Virus record (IMG/VR): IMGVR_UViG_3300033066_002255
Origin: a virus
Lineage: Duplodnaviria > Caudoviricetes
Direction: 5' to 3' (one strand)
DNA: 64,000 bases
A program made the position numbers and the translations under genes. Shown here one piece after another: positions 7,417 through 15,824 of this stretch (position 1 is its first letter; every line of letters begins with the position of its first letter). Under the pieces are notes generated by a model. That model did no database searches. It was given only the letters and a program-made list of their open reading frames with translations, and was not told the DNA's origin.

Positions 7417-7965
7417 TTATTTTTTATACTTATAAGTAGGTAAAAAATTTCTTTTTATTATATCATTCAATTTGCCTTGAATAAGTTTTCTTCTGAATGA
7501 AGATATTTTTTTCGTGAATAAAATTCCATTTGTATGGTCATGTTCGTGCTGAATACATCTTGCTGCTAAACCTTCAAACCATTCATCATGTTCAATAAAA
7601 TTCTCATCAAAATATTTTAAACGAATTTTTGGTTTTCTATTAACAGCTTCTTGTATTCCAGGTATACTTAAACAACCTTCGGTAATAGAAATTTCCTCGC
7701 CTTCTTCTTCTATAATTTCAGCATTTATAAAAACTTTTTTAAATTCTTTAAGTGTTTCATCCCCTTCTTTATATGGAATTAAATCAATAACAAAAAGTTT
7801 GATAGGTAAACCAACTTGATGTGCTGCAAGTCCAATTCCATGTGCTTCATACATAGTTTCAAACATATCTTCTATAAGAGAAGATAAATTTTCATATGTA
7901 TTATCTATTTCTTTACCAGGTAAAGATAGAATAGAATCATTATATATAACAATAGGTCTTATCAT
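7417..7965 (-). CDS. def: Peptide deformylase
   Basis: GIGLAAHQ, EGCLS, QHEHDH. Confidence 0.95.
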   Translation of the reverse strand: MIRPIVIYNDSILSLPGKEIDNTYENLSSLIEDMFETMYEAHGIGLAAHQVGLPIKLFVIDLIPYKEGDETLKEFKKVFINAEIIEEEGEEISITEGCLSIPGIQEAVNRKPKIRLKYFDENFIEHDEWFEGLAARCIQHEHDHTNGILFTKKISSFRRKLIQGKLNDIIKRNFLPTYKYKK

Positions 7966-8013
7966 TGTAACTTATTAGGATACAAAATTAAGAAAAAAAA
8001 TGGGATTTGCAAA

Positions 8014-8259
8014 TTAAATTAATTCTAAATTAATTGTAAAATAACTATCTTTTTCGTTATATTTTACACTGGCTTTTTTAATAAAAAATTTTTTAGGAGA
8101 TTCAAATAGAATAGATAGATTATTATTAGCTCCGAACATAAATTGTCCATCCCAATCTTCAAGAGTAATAAATTTACCTTTTTGGTATACAATAAACTTT
8201 TTAAGTTCTGGATATTGAGTATCAATTATAGAATTGAAATTTTGAAGACTTGTTGGCAT
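8014..8259 (-). CDS. Hypothetical protein
   Basis: ORF in a tightly packed minus-strand run. Confidence 0.6.
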   Translation of the reverse strand: MPTSLQNFNSIIDTQYPELKKFIVYQKGKFITLEDWDGQFMFGANNNLSILFESPKKFFIKKASVKYNEKDSYFTINLELI

Positions 8260-8262
8260 TTT

Positions 8263-8418
8263 CTATTTTTTTTTATTACAACTATAAGGACAGTGTTTAC
8301 ATTTATTTTTACAGCAATAACCTCTTTTAGATAAATAATGTTCTGTAAAAACTTTAAATTTTACACCTTCTTTCTCTTCAAAATAAAAATCTACTCCTTC
8401 AATTAAGGTCTTTTTCAT
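8263..8418 (-). CDS. DUF5522-like Cys-rich small protein
   Basis: FTEHYLSKRGYCCKNKCKHCPY; second ATG (8418) preferred. Confidence 0.7.
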   Translation of the reverse strand: MKKTLIEGVDFYFEEKEGVKFKVFTEHYLSKRGYCCKNKCKHCPYSCNKKK

Positions 8419-8779
8419 TGTCTTGTATAAATTTATATAAATATTCGAGAGGGTCTTCACTTAAAGTCATTTGAATTAAATGAAATTGCCAAATTGGCAA
8501 TTGTATATTTTTTCTATTTGACATTAGAAAAGCAGATGGATTATTATAATCTATAAGATTTATATCTTCAACATCTTTATCTTGGCCTTCTATAGAGATT
8601 AAATCATCTCCAAAAAAATGAATAGCAAAATCATGACAAAAAATAAGACTAAAATATAAATCTTGTCCTTCTTGAAGCCAGTTTTCAGCAGGTATTTCAG
8701 TAAAGAAATCATCACTAATATCAAAACCTTTACGTTTTGCTATAGCGATTGCTCTTGTTAAAATTTCTTCTCTATTCAT
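8399..8779 (-). CDS. Hypothetical protein
   Basis: 126 aa; TATTTATT upstream. Confidence 0.7.
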   Translation of the reverse strand: MNREEILTRAIAIAKRKGFDISDDFFTEIPAENWLQEGQDLYFSLIFCHDFAIHFFGDDLISIEGQDKDVEDINLIDYNNPSAFLMSNRKNIQLPIWQFHLIQMTLSEDPLEYLYKFIQDNEKDLN

Positions 8780-8853
8780 TTTATTAATGCTATATTAATA
8801 AATAGAGATAAATCTTAAATTTATGTTAAGTTTTTTAAATTTATATAATTTAA

Positions 8854-9228
8854 TTATTCTTCCCATTCTTTAGAGGGTGGAACATAATATCCAGGATTTT
8901 CTACTCCCTTTATAGATTTTAGTAACTGAAGCTTACCATCTTTAACTCCATAAATCTCTTTTAATAGACTTTTCTTAGATTCAAAATTTAATCCTACATG
9001 TGTAATAACTGTGCCGTAATTAGGAATAATTTCATAAATCATTTCAATTAAATTACCATCTTTTGTCTCTATTAGTTTTGAATCTAATAGTTTTTTTGTA
9101 TCTGTAATTATAAAAGTATTTGTTGTAGTGCTTGTTCCAAAGGTTTGTCCATCTTCAACGTAGATATAGTTATTTCCAGTTATAGAATTAATGGCTTGAC
9201 CTTTCTTTTTGTCTGTATTTTTTTTCAT
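8854..9228 (-). CDS. Hypothetical protein
   Basis: 124 aa ORF. Confidence 0.65.
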   Translation of the reverse strand: MKKNTDKKKGQAINSITGNNYIYVEDGQTFGTSTTTNTFIITDTKKLLDSKLIETKDGNLIEMIYEIIPNYGTVITHVGLNFESKKSLLKEIYGVKDGKLQLLKSIKGVENPGYYVPPSKEWEE

Positions 9229-9416
9229 GAGATTATTATTTATATAAACTTAATAGACTCCATGTAAAAAATCAATATTTATAATTGTTTTTAAACTAAC
9301 CACTTATAAAAAAAATACTACCAGATATATAAAATTTACAGTGTTTTCAAGGGTTTGTACTTGAAAAACTCAACTTTGCAAAAATATAAAACTAATTATA
9401 GTAAAGAATATTATAA

Positions 9417-9683
9417 ATGTCAGAAATTAAAAAAAAAGTTGATTTTATTATTGCTTGGTATAACAATGAAAAGTCCAAGTTTAGTTTTGCTAACCAAATT
9501 ATATTAGCCAAGACCTGGATAGATATTTGTACAAAAAAAGAAGAATATGAAATGGCATCAGCTCTTACAAAAGAAAGAGATAAGGTAGTTAGAGAATATC
9601 TTAAAAAGAAAAGAGAAAATCGTTCTTGGCAGGAACGATTAAAGTATTTTTTAATAAAATTAAAAAGAAGATTAATAAAATAA
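9417..9683 (+). CDS. Small protein with UVR-like motif
   Basis: EEYEMASAL..ERD; followed by a terminator. Confidence 0.55.
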   Translation: MSEIKKKVDFIIAWYNNEKSKFSFANQIILAKTWIDICTKKEEYEMASALTKERDKVVREYLKKKRENRSWQERLKYFLIKLKRRLIK

Positions 9684-9713
9684 AAAAGCCCCAAAAAAAA
9701 GGGGCTTTTTTTT
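9682..9713. terminator. Bidirectional intrinsic terminator
   Basis: AAAAAAGCCCC-AAAAAAAA-GGGGCTTTTTTT between convergent genes. Confidence 0.85.
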
Positions 9714-10581
9714 ATCTTAAATTTGATAAATCACAAACAGGTGGCATTTGCATTTTATGTTCATTAGCTCTATGACGACTCCAATAAATTTTTAAAATTT
9801 TCATTTGTCTATCAGATAATAAATCAGGAAATTTAAATGGACCGCTTCCTAAGGCCTCTTCGACGTCAAAAAAGCTAAATTTGTCAGTATAATCCATAGC
9901 CCATTCTAACTCAGGATATGTTGCTCCAATTTGGTCTTCATCAGTACGACCATCAGTCCATAAGCCATCTGTAGGCTTAGCATCTAAAATTTCTTGGATA
10001 ACTCCCATTTCTTTTGCTAGAGCATATACTTCTGTTTTTGTTAATTCTCCAATTGGAGATAAATCAACACCTCCATCTCCAAATTTAGTAAAAAATCCAA
10101 TACCATAATCTTCAACTTTATTTCCAGTTCCACAAACTAATAATTTATGTGCTCCAGCAACTGCATATAAAGTAACCATACGCATTCTTGAACGAGTGTT
10201 AGCAGAAGCTAAGAATATTTGGTCTTCTGATAAACCTTTAAAAGCTCCAGAATTAGTTAAAGCTTCAATTTCTTTATCATAAGATTCAGTTAAATCAATA
10301 TCTAAAGATTTAACATTTGGAAAATTAGCTTTCAACCATTCAATGTGCTTTGAGCCTCGGTCAGCTTGGTCTGCAGCTTGATGAATTGACATTTTAATAA
10401 CAGTAAGAGGCAACCCAGTTAATGCGCATAATGTAGAGCAAACTGCAGAATCAATTCCTCCAGACACTCCAATTACATATCCATTCATATTTGCTCCAGA
10501 AGCATATGCAGAAAGCCAATTTGAAATTTGGTCTTTTACTTCGCTAAAATTTAAAGTTTTATTTTTAGAAATTGTTTTCAT
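9712..10581 (-). CDS. nadE: NH3-dependent NAD+ synthetase
   Basis: GVSGGIDSAV, NTRSRMRM, GTGNKVED, GFFTKFGDG, PTDGLW...DEDQIG. Confidence 0.95.
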   Translation of the reverse strand: MKTISKNKTLNFSEVKDQISNWLSAYASGANMNGYVIGVSGGIDSAVCSTLCALTGLPLTVIKMSIHQAADQADRGSKHIEWLKANFPNVKSLDIDLTESYDKEIEALTNSGAFKGLSEDQIFLASANTRSRMRMVTLYAVAGAHKLLVCGTGNKVEDYGIGFFTKFGDGGVDLSPIGELTKTEVYALAKEMGVIQEILDAKPTDGLWTDGRTDEDQIGATYPELEWAMDYTDKFSFFDVEEALGSGPFKFPDLLSDRQMKILKIYWSRHRANEHKMQMPPVCDLSNLR

Positions 10582-10598
10582 AACTTTTTATTTATTTA

Positions 10599-10624
10599 TA
10601 CGCATTTTACTTATTTAAGTTTCA
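10599..10624 (-). promoter_or_regulatory. ECF-sigma-type promoter TGAAAC-N16-CGTA upstream of nadE
   Basis: TGAAAC TTAAATAAGTAAAATG CGTA; one of four copies with an exact 16-nt spacer. Confidence 0.75.
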
Positions 10625-10625
10625 T

Positions 10626-11225
10626 TTACTTATATAAATTATATTCATCTATATATTTTCTAACTTGAGTAGGCATGAAATGAGTTGTGCTTTTATTATT
10701 TTTAATTTGATTTCTTAAAAAAGTTGAAGAAATCTCAAGAGAAGGTACTCCGTGCAAAAACTCAACTTTACCAATCATTTCATCTGGGATATAATTAGTT
10801 GTTGTATTTCTTGGATAGACAAGGAAATTTGTCAATTCAATTACCTCTTTTCCTCCGTGCCAATTTGGTATATCAACAAATACATCCGTACCACAAATTA
10901 AATAAAATTCAAACTCTGGATGCTTTTCTTTTAATTTTTCAAGTGTAAGATAAGTATAAGAAGGTCCTTCCATTCCAAACTCAGTTGTATCAACTGCCAT
11001 TCTTGAATTATATGATATTGCATTTAAAACCATTTGAAGTCTATGTTCAGCTGGAGCAAGTATTCCTAAACTCATTTTATATGGACTATTGGGAGAAATA
11101 ACAAACCATACCACATCTACAGCTCCAGAGTCTAAAGCCATTTCACCCATAGCTAAATGGCCTGTGTGAATTGGATTAAATGAGCCAAATAATAATCCTA
11201 TTTTAGGTTTTGAGTTATTGTCCAT
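10626..11225 (-). CDS. nadD: Nicotinate-nucleotide adenylyltransferase
   Basis: FGSFNPIHTGH, SYTYLTL, GTD..W, ISSTFLR. Confidence 0.93.
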   Translation of the reverse strand: MDNNSKPKIGLLFGSFNPIHTGHLAMGEMALDSGAVDVVWFVISPNSPYKMSLGILAPAEHRLQMVLNAISYNSRMAVDTTEFGMEGPSYTYLTLEKLKEKHPEFEFYLICGTDVFVDIPNWHGGKEVIELTNFLVYPRNTTTNYIPDEMIGKVEFLHGVPSLEISSTFLRNQIKNNKSTTHFMPTQVRKYIDEYNLYK

Positions 11226-11799
11226 TTTTCTTGATTAATGCTGATGCTATAATAGTTTTAGAATCTTTAATAACATTTGTTTTTACCTCATTAAGAAATT
11301 CATCTACATCCTTTTCAATAATATCAATATTTTCATGTTCACCTTGAACACCACCTCCAGCATTAGGGTCTTTATCGGAATTTTTAACAACTGCTAAAAA
11401 GATAAAAATCTTTTCTGTAGAATAACCTGGAGAAGCATATATTTCAAATGGCTTTGTTAAATGCTCTTCAGTTATAACATAACCAACTTCTTCGTGTAAT
11501 TCTCTAATTGCAGCGTGTTGAGGAGTTTCTCCATCATCTATTTTTCCTGCAACAACTTCTAAAATATCAACTGGATATTCTAAAGCTACTGGATATCTAA
11601 ATTGCCTTACTAATGTAATTTTTTGAGTATCCTCATTAAATACAAGTACTGCAACAGCATTTGGCCTAGATAATTTAGAACGATAATAAATAGATTCTGC
11701 GCCATCTTCGGCAGTTTCTTTTACTGTAAGTTGGTCTACTTTAAAGTAGCCATCAAATATTCTTTCTTCTTTTAGAAATTCTGTTTTTTTGTTTGACAT
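11215..11799 (-). CDS. nudF: Nudix hydrolase, ADP-ribose pyrophosphatase-like
   Basis: Nudix box GKIDDGETPQHAAIRELHEEVG; RQFRYP; SPG; GEHE.I. Confidence 0.85.
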   Translation of the reverse strand: MSNKKTEFLKEERIFDGYFKVDQLTVKETAEDGAESIYYRSKLSRPNAVAVLVFNEDTQKITLVRQFRYPVALEYPVDILEVVAGKIDDGETPQHAAIRELHEEVGYVITEEHLTKPFEIYASPGYSTEKIFIFLAVVKNSDKDPNAGGGVQGEHENIDIIEKDVDEFLNEVKTNVIKDSKTIIASALIKKNGQ

Positions 11800-11812
11800 G
11801 TTGTTCTTGTTT

Positions 11813-12202
11813 TTATTTTTTTAAATATTTTTGTCTAATTTCTAAATCAATTGGTCGAGGTTCATTTTCCATGGAAATTCTAACGAAAACAACTCTTACA
11901 CTGCATACTTCTAATTCTTTTTCTTTATAAACATCATATCTTCTAGCTGATAGTTTTAGAGTTATAGAAGTCGTTCCAATTGTTTCTACTTCTCCGTATA
12001 TAATTACATCGTGATTTTCTTTGACTGGTGTATGGAATTCAATTCCATCCATTTTTACAGTAACCATTTTCTTAGTCTTGCAAATTCTCGTTGCCATTAT
12101 AGCTCCAGCTTCATCAAGCCAAGATAACATTTTGCCTCCAAAAAGATTTCCATGAACTCCAAGGTCAGATGCCTTACAAAGATGTCGTGTTATTACTTCC
12201 AT
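11813..12202 (-). CDS. HotDog-fold acyl-CoA thioesterase (YciA-like)
   Basis: HGNLFGGKMLSWLDEAG, VTV..D.I.F..PV, G.TS; TAATG overlap with pncB. Confidence 0.88.
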   Translation of the reverse strand: MEVITRHLCKASDLGVHGNLFGGKMLSWLDEAGAIMATRICKTKKMVTVKMDGIEFHTPVKENHDVIIYGEVETIGTTSITLKLSARRYDVYKEKELEVCSVRVVFVRISMENEPRPIDLEIRQKYLKK

Positions 12203-13440
12203 TATATTACAGTTTCTTTTACAATTTCTTTTATGCCCAATGTATCTTTACACAATTGAACCTCTTTAGATTTACCTGTATTTTTTCCTTTATCATCACT
12301 TAACTTAACTGTATCAACCCATTCATCGCTTCCTGGAATTGCTTGAGCAGACGTTAATTTAATGACTATATTTAATGGTTTAACTCCAACATCATTAGAA
12401 AAATTTGTACCAATACCAAAAGCTGCTTTGATTCCTTCTCCTTTTGTATTGCAATGTTCTTGTATTCTCCAGGCTTCTTCTATGTTTAAGTTATTAGAAA
12501 ATACACATGTTTTTGTTGAAGGATTAATACCCATTTTTTTGTAATGATTTACAAATTTATCAACCCATTCAGTTGGTTCTCCTGAATCATGACGAGGACC
12601 ATCAAATAATTTAGAATGTTTTCTATCAAATGATTTTAAGAAAACATCTGTTGTATATGTATCTGTCAATGCAGTACCAAGGTCTCCTTGATAAACATCA
12701 ACCCAATGTTCAAGAGCTTTTATATTAGCCATTTTATAACCATATCTTGCAGCCATAAACATAAACCATTCATGAGCATGTGTTCCAATAGGAGTAAGGT
12801 CAAGCAAATGTGCAATATGAACATTAGAAGTGCCTACAAAGAATTTATCACTTCCAAACATGTTTTTCATGTCAGTACAAACTTCTAATTGGTTATCGAA
12901 AGAGTAACGTCTACGAGTTCCGAAGTCAGTGACTTTCATATTATGCTGATGAAAGAATTGCGCTTTTTTGTTATTATTATTCAAACGAGTTTGTCTATCA
13001 TTTGGTTTTTGTTGAGTTTCTATAAAATACAACTCAGAAATAAGTGCCATTAAAGGAACCTCCCAAAGTATTGTTCTATACCAAGGGCCTTCAATATTAA
13101 CAATTAAATTACCCTCATCAGTTAAAATAACTCCAACTTCTGATGGGTCAAATTGGTATCCTGCTAAAAAATCTAAATAAACATCATCAACAAATCTACC
13201 ACACTTTAATTTTAAGAAGAATTTTTCAGAATCTGTTAATTTTAATTTAGACATTTTTTCAATTTCTTGTCTTAATTTTTTATCAAATCCCTTTGGAAAT
13301 ATTGTATCAGCTCTGTTAAAAAATTGAGACTTCACGTATGCTCTTGGAAATAGTTTGCAAACAGCATTTTGCATTGTAAATTTGTAAAGGTCATTATCTA
13401 AAATACTTTTGATAATTCCTGTTTGATTTTCTGTAGTCAT
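12202..13440 (-). CDS. pncB: Nicotinate phosphoribosyltransferase
   Basis: SILDNDLYKFTMQ, WEVPLMALISE, DFGTRRR, GTSN, GTHAHEW, RHDSG, FGIGT, KLSDDKGK. Confidence 0.93.
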   Translation of the reverse strand: MTTENQTGIIKSILDNDLYKFTMQNAVCKLFPRAYVKSQFFNRADTIFPKGFDKKLRQEIEKMSKLKLTDSEKFFLKLKCGRFVDDVYLDFLAGYQFDPSEVGVILTDEGNLIVNIEGPWYRTILWEVPLMALISELYFIETQQKPNDRQTRLNNNNKKAQFFHQHNMKVTDFGTRRRYSFDNQLEVCTDMKNMFGSDKFFVGTSNVHIAHLLDLTPIGTHAHEWFMFMAARYGYKMANIKALEHWVDVYQGDLGTALTDTYTTDVFLKSFDRKHSKLFDGPRHDSGEPTEWVDKFVNHYKKMGINPSTKTCVFSNNLNIEEAWRIQEHCNTKGEGIKAAFGIGTNFSNDVGVKPLNIVIKLTSAQAIPGSDEWVDTVKLSDDKGKNTGKSKEVQLCKDTLGIKEIVKETVI

Positions 13441-13464
13441 AATTTAAGTTTATTCACTCTTTTG

Positions 13465-13490
13465 TACGAATAAAAATTTAAAAGGTTTCT
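13465..13490 (-). promoter_or_regulatory. ECF-sigma-type promoter AGAAAC-N16-CGTA upstream of the pncB operon
   Basis: AGAAAC CTTTTAAATTTTTATT CGTA. Confidence 0.75.
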
Positions 13491-13525
13491 TTTTTAAGAA
13501 ATACAACACAAAGCTGCAAATAAAA

Positions 13526-13551
13526 TGTAACTTTACCAAATTTTTTTCGTA
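13526..13551 (+). promoter_or_regulatory. ECF-sigma-type promoter TGTAAC-N16-CGTA upstream of the cREC-cca pair
   Basis: TGTAAC TTTACCAAATTTTTTT CGTA, 9 nt before ATG 13561. Confidence 0.7.
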
Positions 13552-13560
13552 TAATTGAAT

Positions 13561-13890
13561 ATGAAATTTAAAATATTTTTAGATGATATAAGAATACCTA
13601 CTGATATTTATCCAAAAACGGATAATAATGAGTGGATAATTGTACGTAATCTAACGGAATTTAAATCAATCATTGAAGCTCATGGAGTACCTGAATATAT
13701 TTCCTTTGATAATGATTTAGGGGAAACTTTAGAAGAAGGAAAAGATGCAGCTAAATGGCTAGTTTTTGAAAAGTGGTTAGATATATCTGAGATGGATTTT
13801 ATAGTTCATTCTGCCAATTCAAGTGGCGTTAGAGAATATATAACAGATTTGTTAAACAATTGGAAAAAAGAATTAATTAAAAATGAATAA
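13561..13890 (+). CDS. Cyclic-phosphate-processing receiver-domain (cREC) protein
   Basis: IFLDDIR.P, W..VRN, ISFDNDLG, G.DAAKWL, VHSAN. Confidence 0.8.
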   Translation: MKFKIFLDDIRIPTDIYPKTDNNEWIIVRNLTEFKSIIEAHGVPEYISFDNDLGETLEEGKDAAKWLVFEKWLDISEMDFIVHSANSSGVREYITDLLNNWKKELIKNE

Positions 13891-15130
13891 AGCAAGAAAA
13901 ATATTAATGGGAAATGAAATGGAGAATGAAATAGGAATAAGAGTGAATTTTGATATGAAAATTCCTGCAGAAATTATTATGCTTAAAGACCTTTTTAAAG
14001 CCAAAGGCGCTCAATTATTTGTTGTAGGAGGAGCTGTTAGAGATTCTTTATTAGGAAAAGCTCCAAAAGATTTTGACTTAGCAACAAATGCTTTACCAGA
14101 TGAAATCGTTTCTATATTTACAGGAAACTTTGAAATCAAGGAAACATTTTTAAACAAAGATAAAGAAGTAGAAGGATATATACTAAAAAATGGCTTGAGA
14201 TTAAACTTTCAAGGTAAACAATTTGGTATTATTGCTGTGTACAATCTTAAGGATTTGCCTACTGGTGTCGAAATCGCTACATTCAGGAAAGACCTTTCTG
14301 GAGGTAGAAGACCAGATGCTGTTGAGTTTACAAGTATCTTTGAAGACGTGAAAAGACGTGACTTAACAATCAATGCTCTTTTTTATGATTTAGACACAAG
14401 AGAAGTTGTTGATTTAGTTGGAGGTATAGATGATTTGAGAAAAGGAATCATAAGAACTGTAGGTTCTGCTAAAGAAAGATTTACAGAAGATAGATTGAGA
14501 ATCTTGAGAGCTATTAGATTTGCAGGAAGGTTTGGAAGTGAACTTCACGAAGATATAGATGCTTTTTTATTGATTGATTCAAAACTGGATGGAGTTTCTG
14601 GAGAGCGAATCAGAGATGAATTCATGAGTGGTATTAAAAATGCCAAGAAAACTTCTGAGTATTTAAAAATGATTGAAAAATATGATTTGTTTAAATATAT
14701 TTTTCCAGGTCTTATTATTAATAAGAATTTCATAGATAGCAATGATACCTTATTGGTTATAACTACTCTTCTTAAAAATAATTGCTTGAAAGATGATAAC
14801 TGTCTTGAAATATTGGCTGTTAAATTAAATACAGCAAAATACTCAAAGAATTTTATTAAATCAATTTCTTTCTTAATTTCAATGCTTAAATTATCTGAAG
14901 ATAATGCTTATGTGCTTAAAAAAGCTCAAAGAAATTCATTTGTAGAAGATAAACAACTTTCTACATTTTTGAAGATGAATTCAATGGATTCAAAATTGAT
15001 TAAGTCATTTTTGAAGTTTCAGTTAACAATTAGCTCTAAGGAATTAATTGCCTCAGGATTCAAAGAAAGTGCGTTAGGGGAAGAAATAAAAAGGTTGGAA
15101 ACTTTGAGCTTTACTACCCTATTAAAATAA
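13883..15130 (+). CDS. cca: Class II CCA-adding tRNA nucleotidyltransferase / poly(A) polymerase family, no HD domain
   Basis: VGGAVRD..LG..PKDFDLAT, RRDLTINAL, EDRLRILRAIRF, SGERI. Confidence 0.9.
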   Translation: MNKARKILMGNEMENEIGIRVNFDMKIPAEIIMLKDLFKAKGAQLFVVGGAVRDSLLGKAPKDFDLATNALPDEIVSIFTGNFEIKETFLNKDKEVEGYILKNGLRLNFQGKQFGIIAVYNLKDLPTGVEIATFRKDLSGGRRPDAVEFTSIFEDVKRRDLTINALFYDLDTREVVDLVGGIDDLRKGIIRTVGSAKERFTEDRLRILRAIRFAGRFGSELHEDIDAFLLIDSKLDGVSGERIRDEFMSGIKNAKKTSEYLKMIEKYDLFKYIFPGLIINKNFIDSNDTLLVITTLLKNNCLKDDNCLEILAVKLNTAKYSKNFIKSISFLISMLKLSEDNAYVLKKAQRNSFVEDKQLSTFLKMNSMDSKLIKSFLKFQLTISSKELIASGFKESALGEEIKRLETLSFTTLLK

Positions 15131-15131
15131 G

Positions 15132-15158
15132 AAAGCCCCCAAATTGGGGGCTTCTTTT
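15132..15158. terminator. Bidirectional intrinsic terminator
   Basis: AAGCCCCCAA-A-TTGGGGGCTT-CTTTT between convergent genes. Confidence 0.85.
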
Positions 15159-15606
15159 ATTCTTCATTATCTGTAAAAATTGTTGCGAAGGCAGGAACTC
15201 CTTCCATATATGAATCAATTATGTTATACTCATAGTATTCAATTGCAGAAGTTTCACAATCATCTTCATCTTCAAATAAACCACTTGTATCATGCATATA
15301 CTCATTTTTAAGTTGATTTATTACTTTATTTCTATCATAAAGCAAAAAATATTCAGTCTCACTTTTTTTAAATATTCCTATTAAGCACTCATCAAACCCA
15401 TCGGCTTGTCTAAATTTTTGTTTTAAAGCATCCATTTTGTGTATAGCCTCATTTATATCAAGACATGGATGAAAATTAATGTTTTTATACAAAGGAACTG
15501 TATTATCACATTTACGTTCTGCATACCCCACAAGGAGAGAATCTTTTTTTGAAGGTAAGAATTTTATGCCTTCTACCTCTTCTTTTATTTGTTCTTTTAT
15601 AGTCAT
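15157..15606 (-). CDS. Phage hypothetical protein
   Basis: ADGFDECLIG...YD...AIEYYEYNI; TACCTTTG promoter at 15611-15618. Confidence 0.7.
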   Translation of the reverse strand: MTIKEQIKEEVEGIKFLPSKKDSLLVGYAERKCDNTVPLYKNINFHPCLDINEAIHKMDALKQKFRQADGFDECLIGIFKKSETEYFLLYDRNKVINQLKNEYMHDTSGLFEDEDDCETSAIEYYEYNIIDSYMEGVPAFATIFTDNEE

Positions 15607-15638
15607 ACCGCAAAGGTATATAAAAAAAACAACAAAAC

Positions 15639-15664
15639 AAAAAACCCTGAAAAATCAGGGTTTT
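15639..15664 (-). terminator. Intrinsic terminator
   Basis: AAAACCCTGA-TTTT-TCAGGGTTTTTT on the minus strand. Confidence 0.8.
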
Positions 15665-15715
15665 AAGTAGAAACAATAATATGAATGGAACTCAGAACAG
15701 CAATCTGGTTCTATC
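15639..15715 (-). ncRNA. Candidate ~75-nt small RNA
   Basis: Lies between the ECF-type promoter (15722-15747) and a terminator (15639-15664); no ORF on this strand. Confidence 0.55.
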
Positions 15716-15721
15716 TAATTA

Positions 15722-15747
15722 TACGTTTTTTTATAAAAAAGGTTTCA
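15722..15747 (-). promoter_or_regulatory. ECF-sigma-type promoter TGAAAC-N16-CGTA
   Basis: TGAAAC CTTTTTTATAAAAAAA CGTA. Confidence 0.7.
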
Positions 15748-15824
15748 AAAAATGTTTTTTCTTTTAAAACCTTTGAAAATTGGGAAATTTTATTATATTT
15801 ATTATAAATACTTTCTACTTTTAT

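Noticed and set aside
9344-9367. Inverted repeat TTTTCAAG-N8-CTTGAAAA as an operator or ncRNA
   Set aside because: A single AT-rich copy with no other support.
12202-13440. Nampt (NARP2) assignment
   Set aside because: The motifs (DLYKFTMQ, WEVPLMA, GTHAHEW) and the linked nadE fit the nicotinate enzyme PncB.
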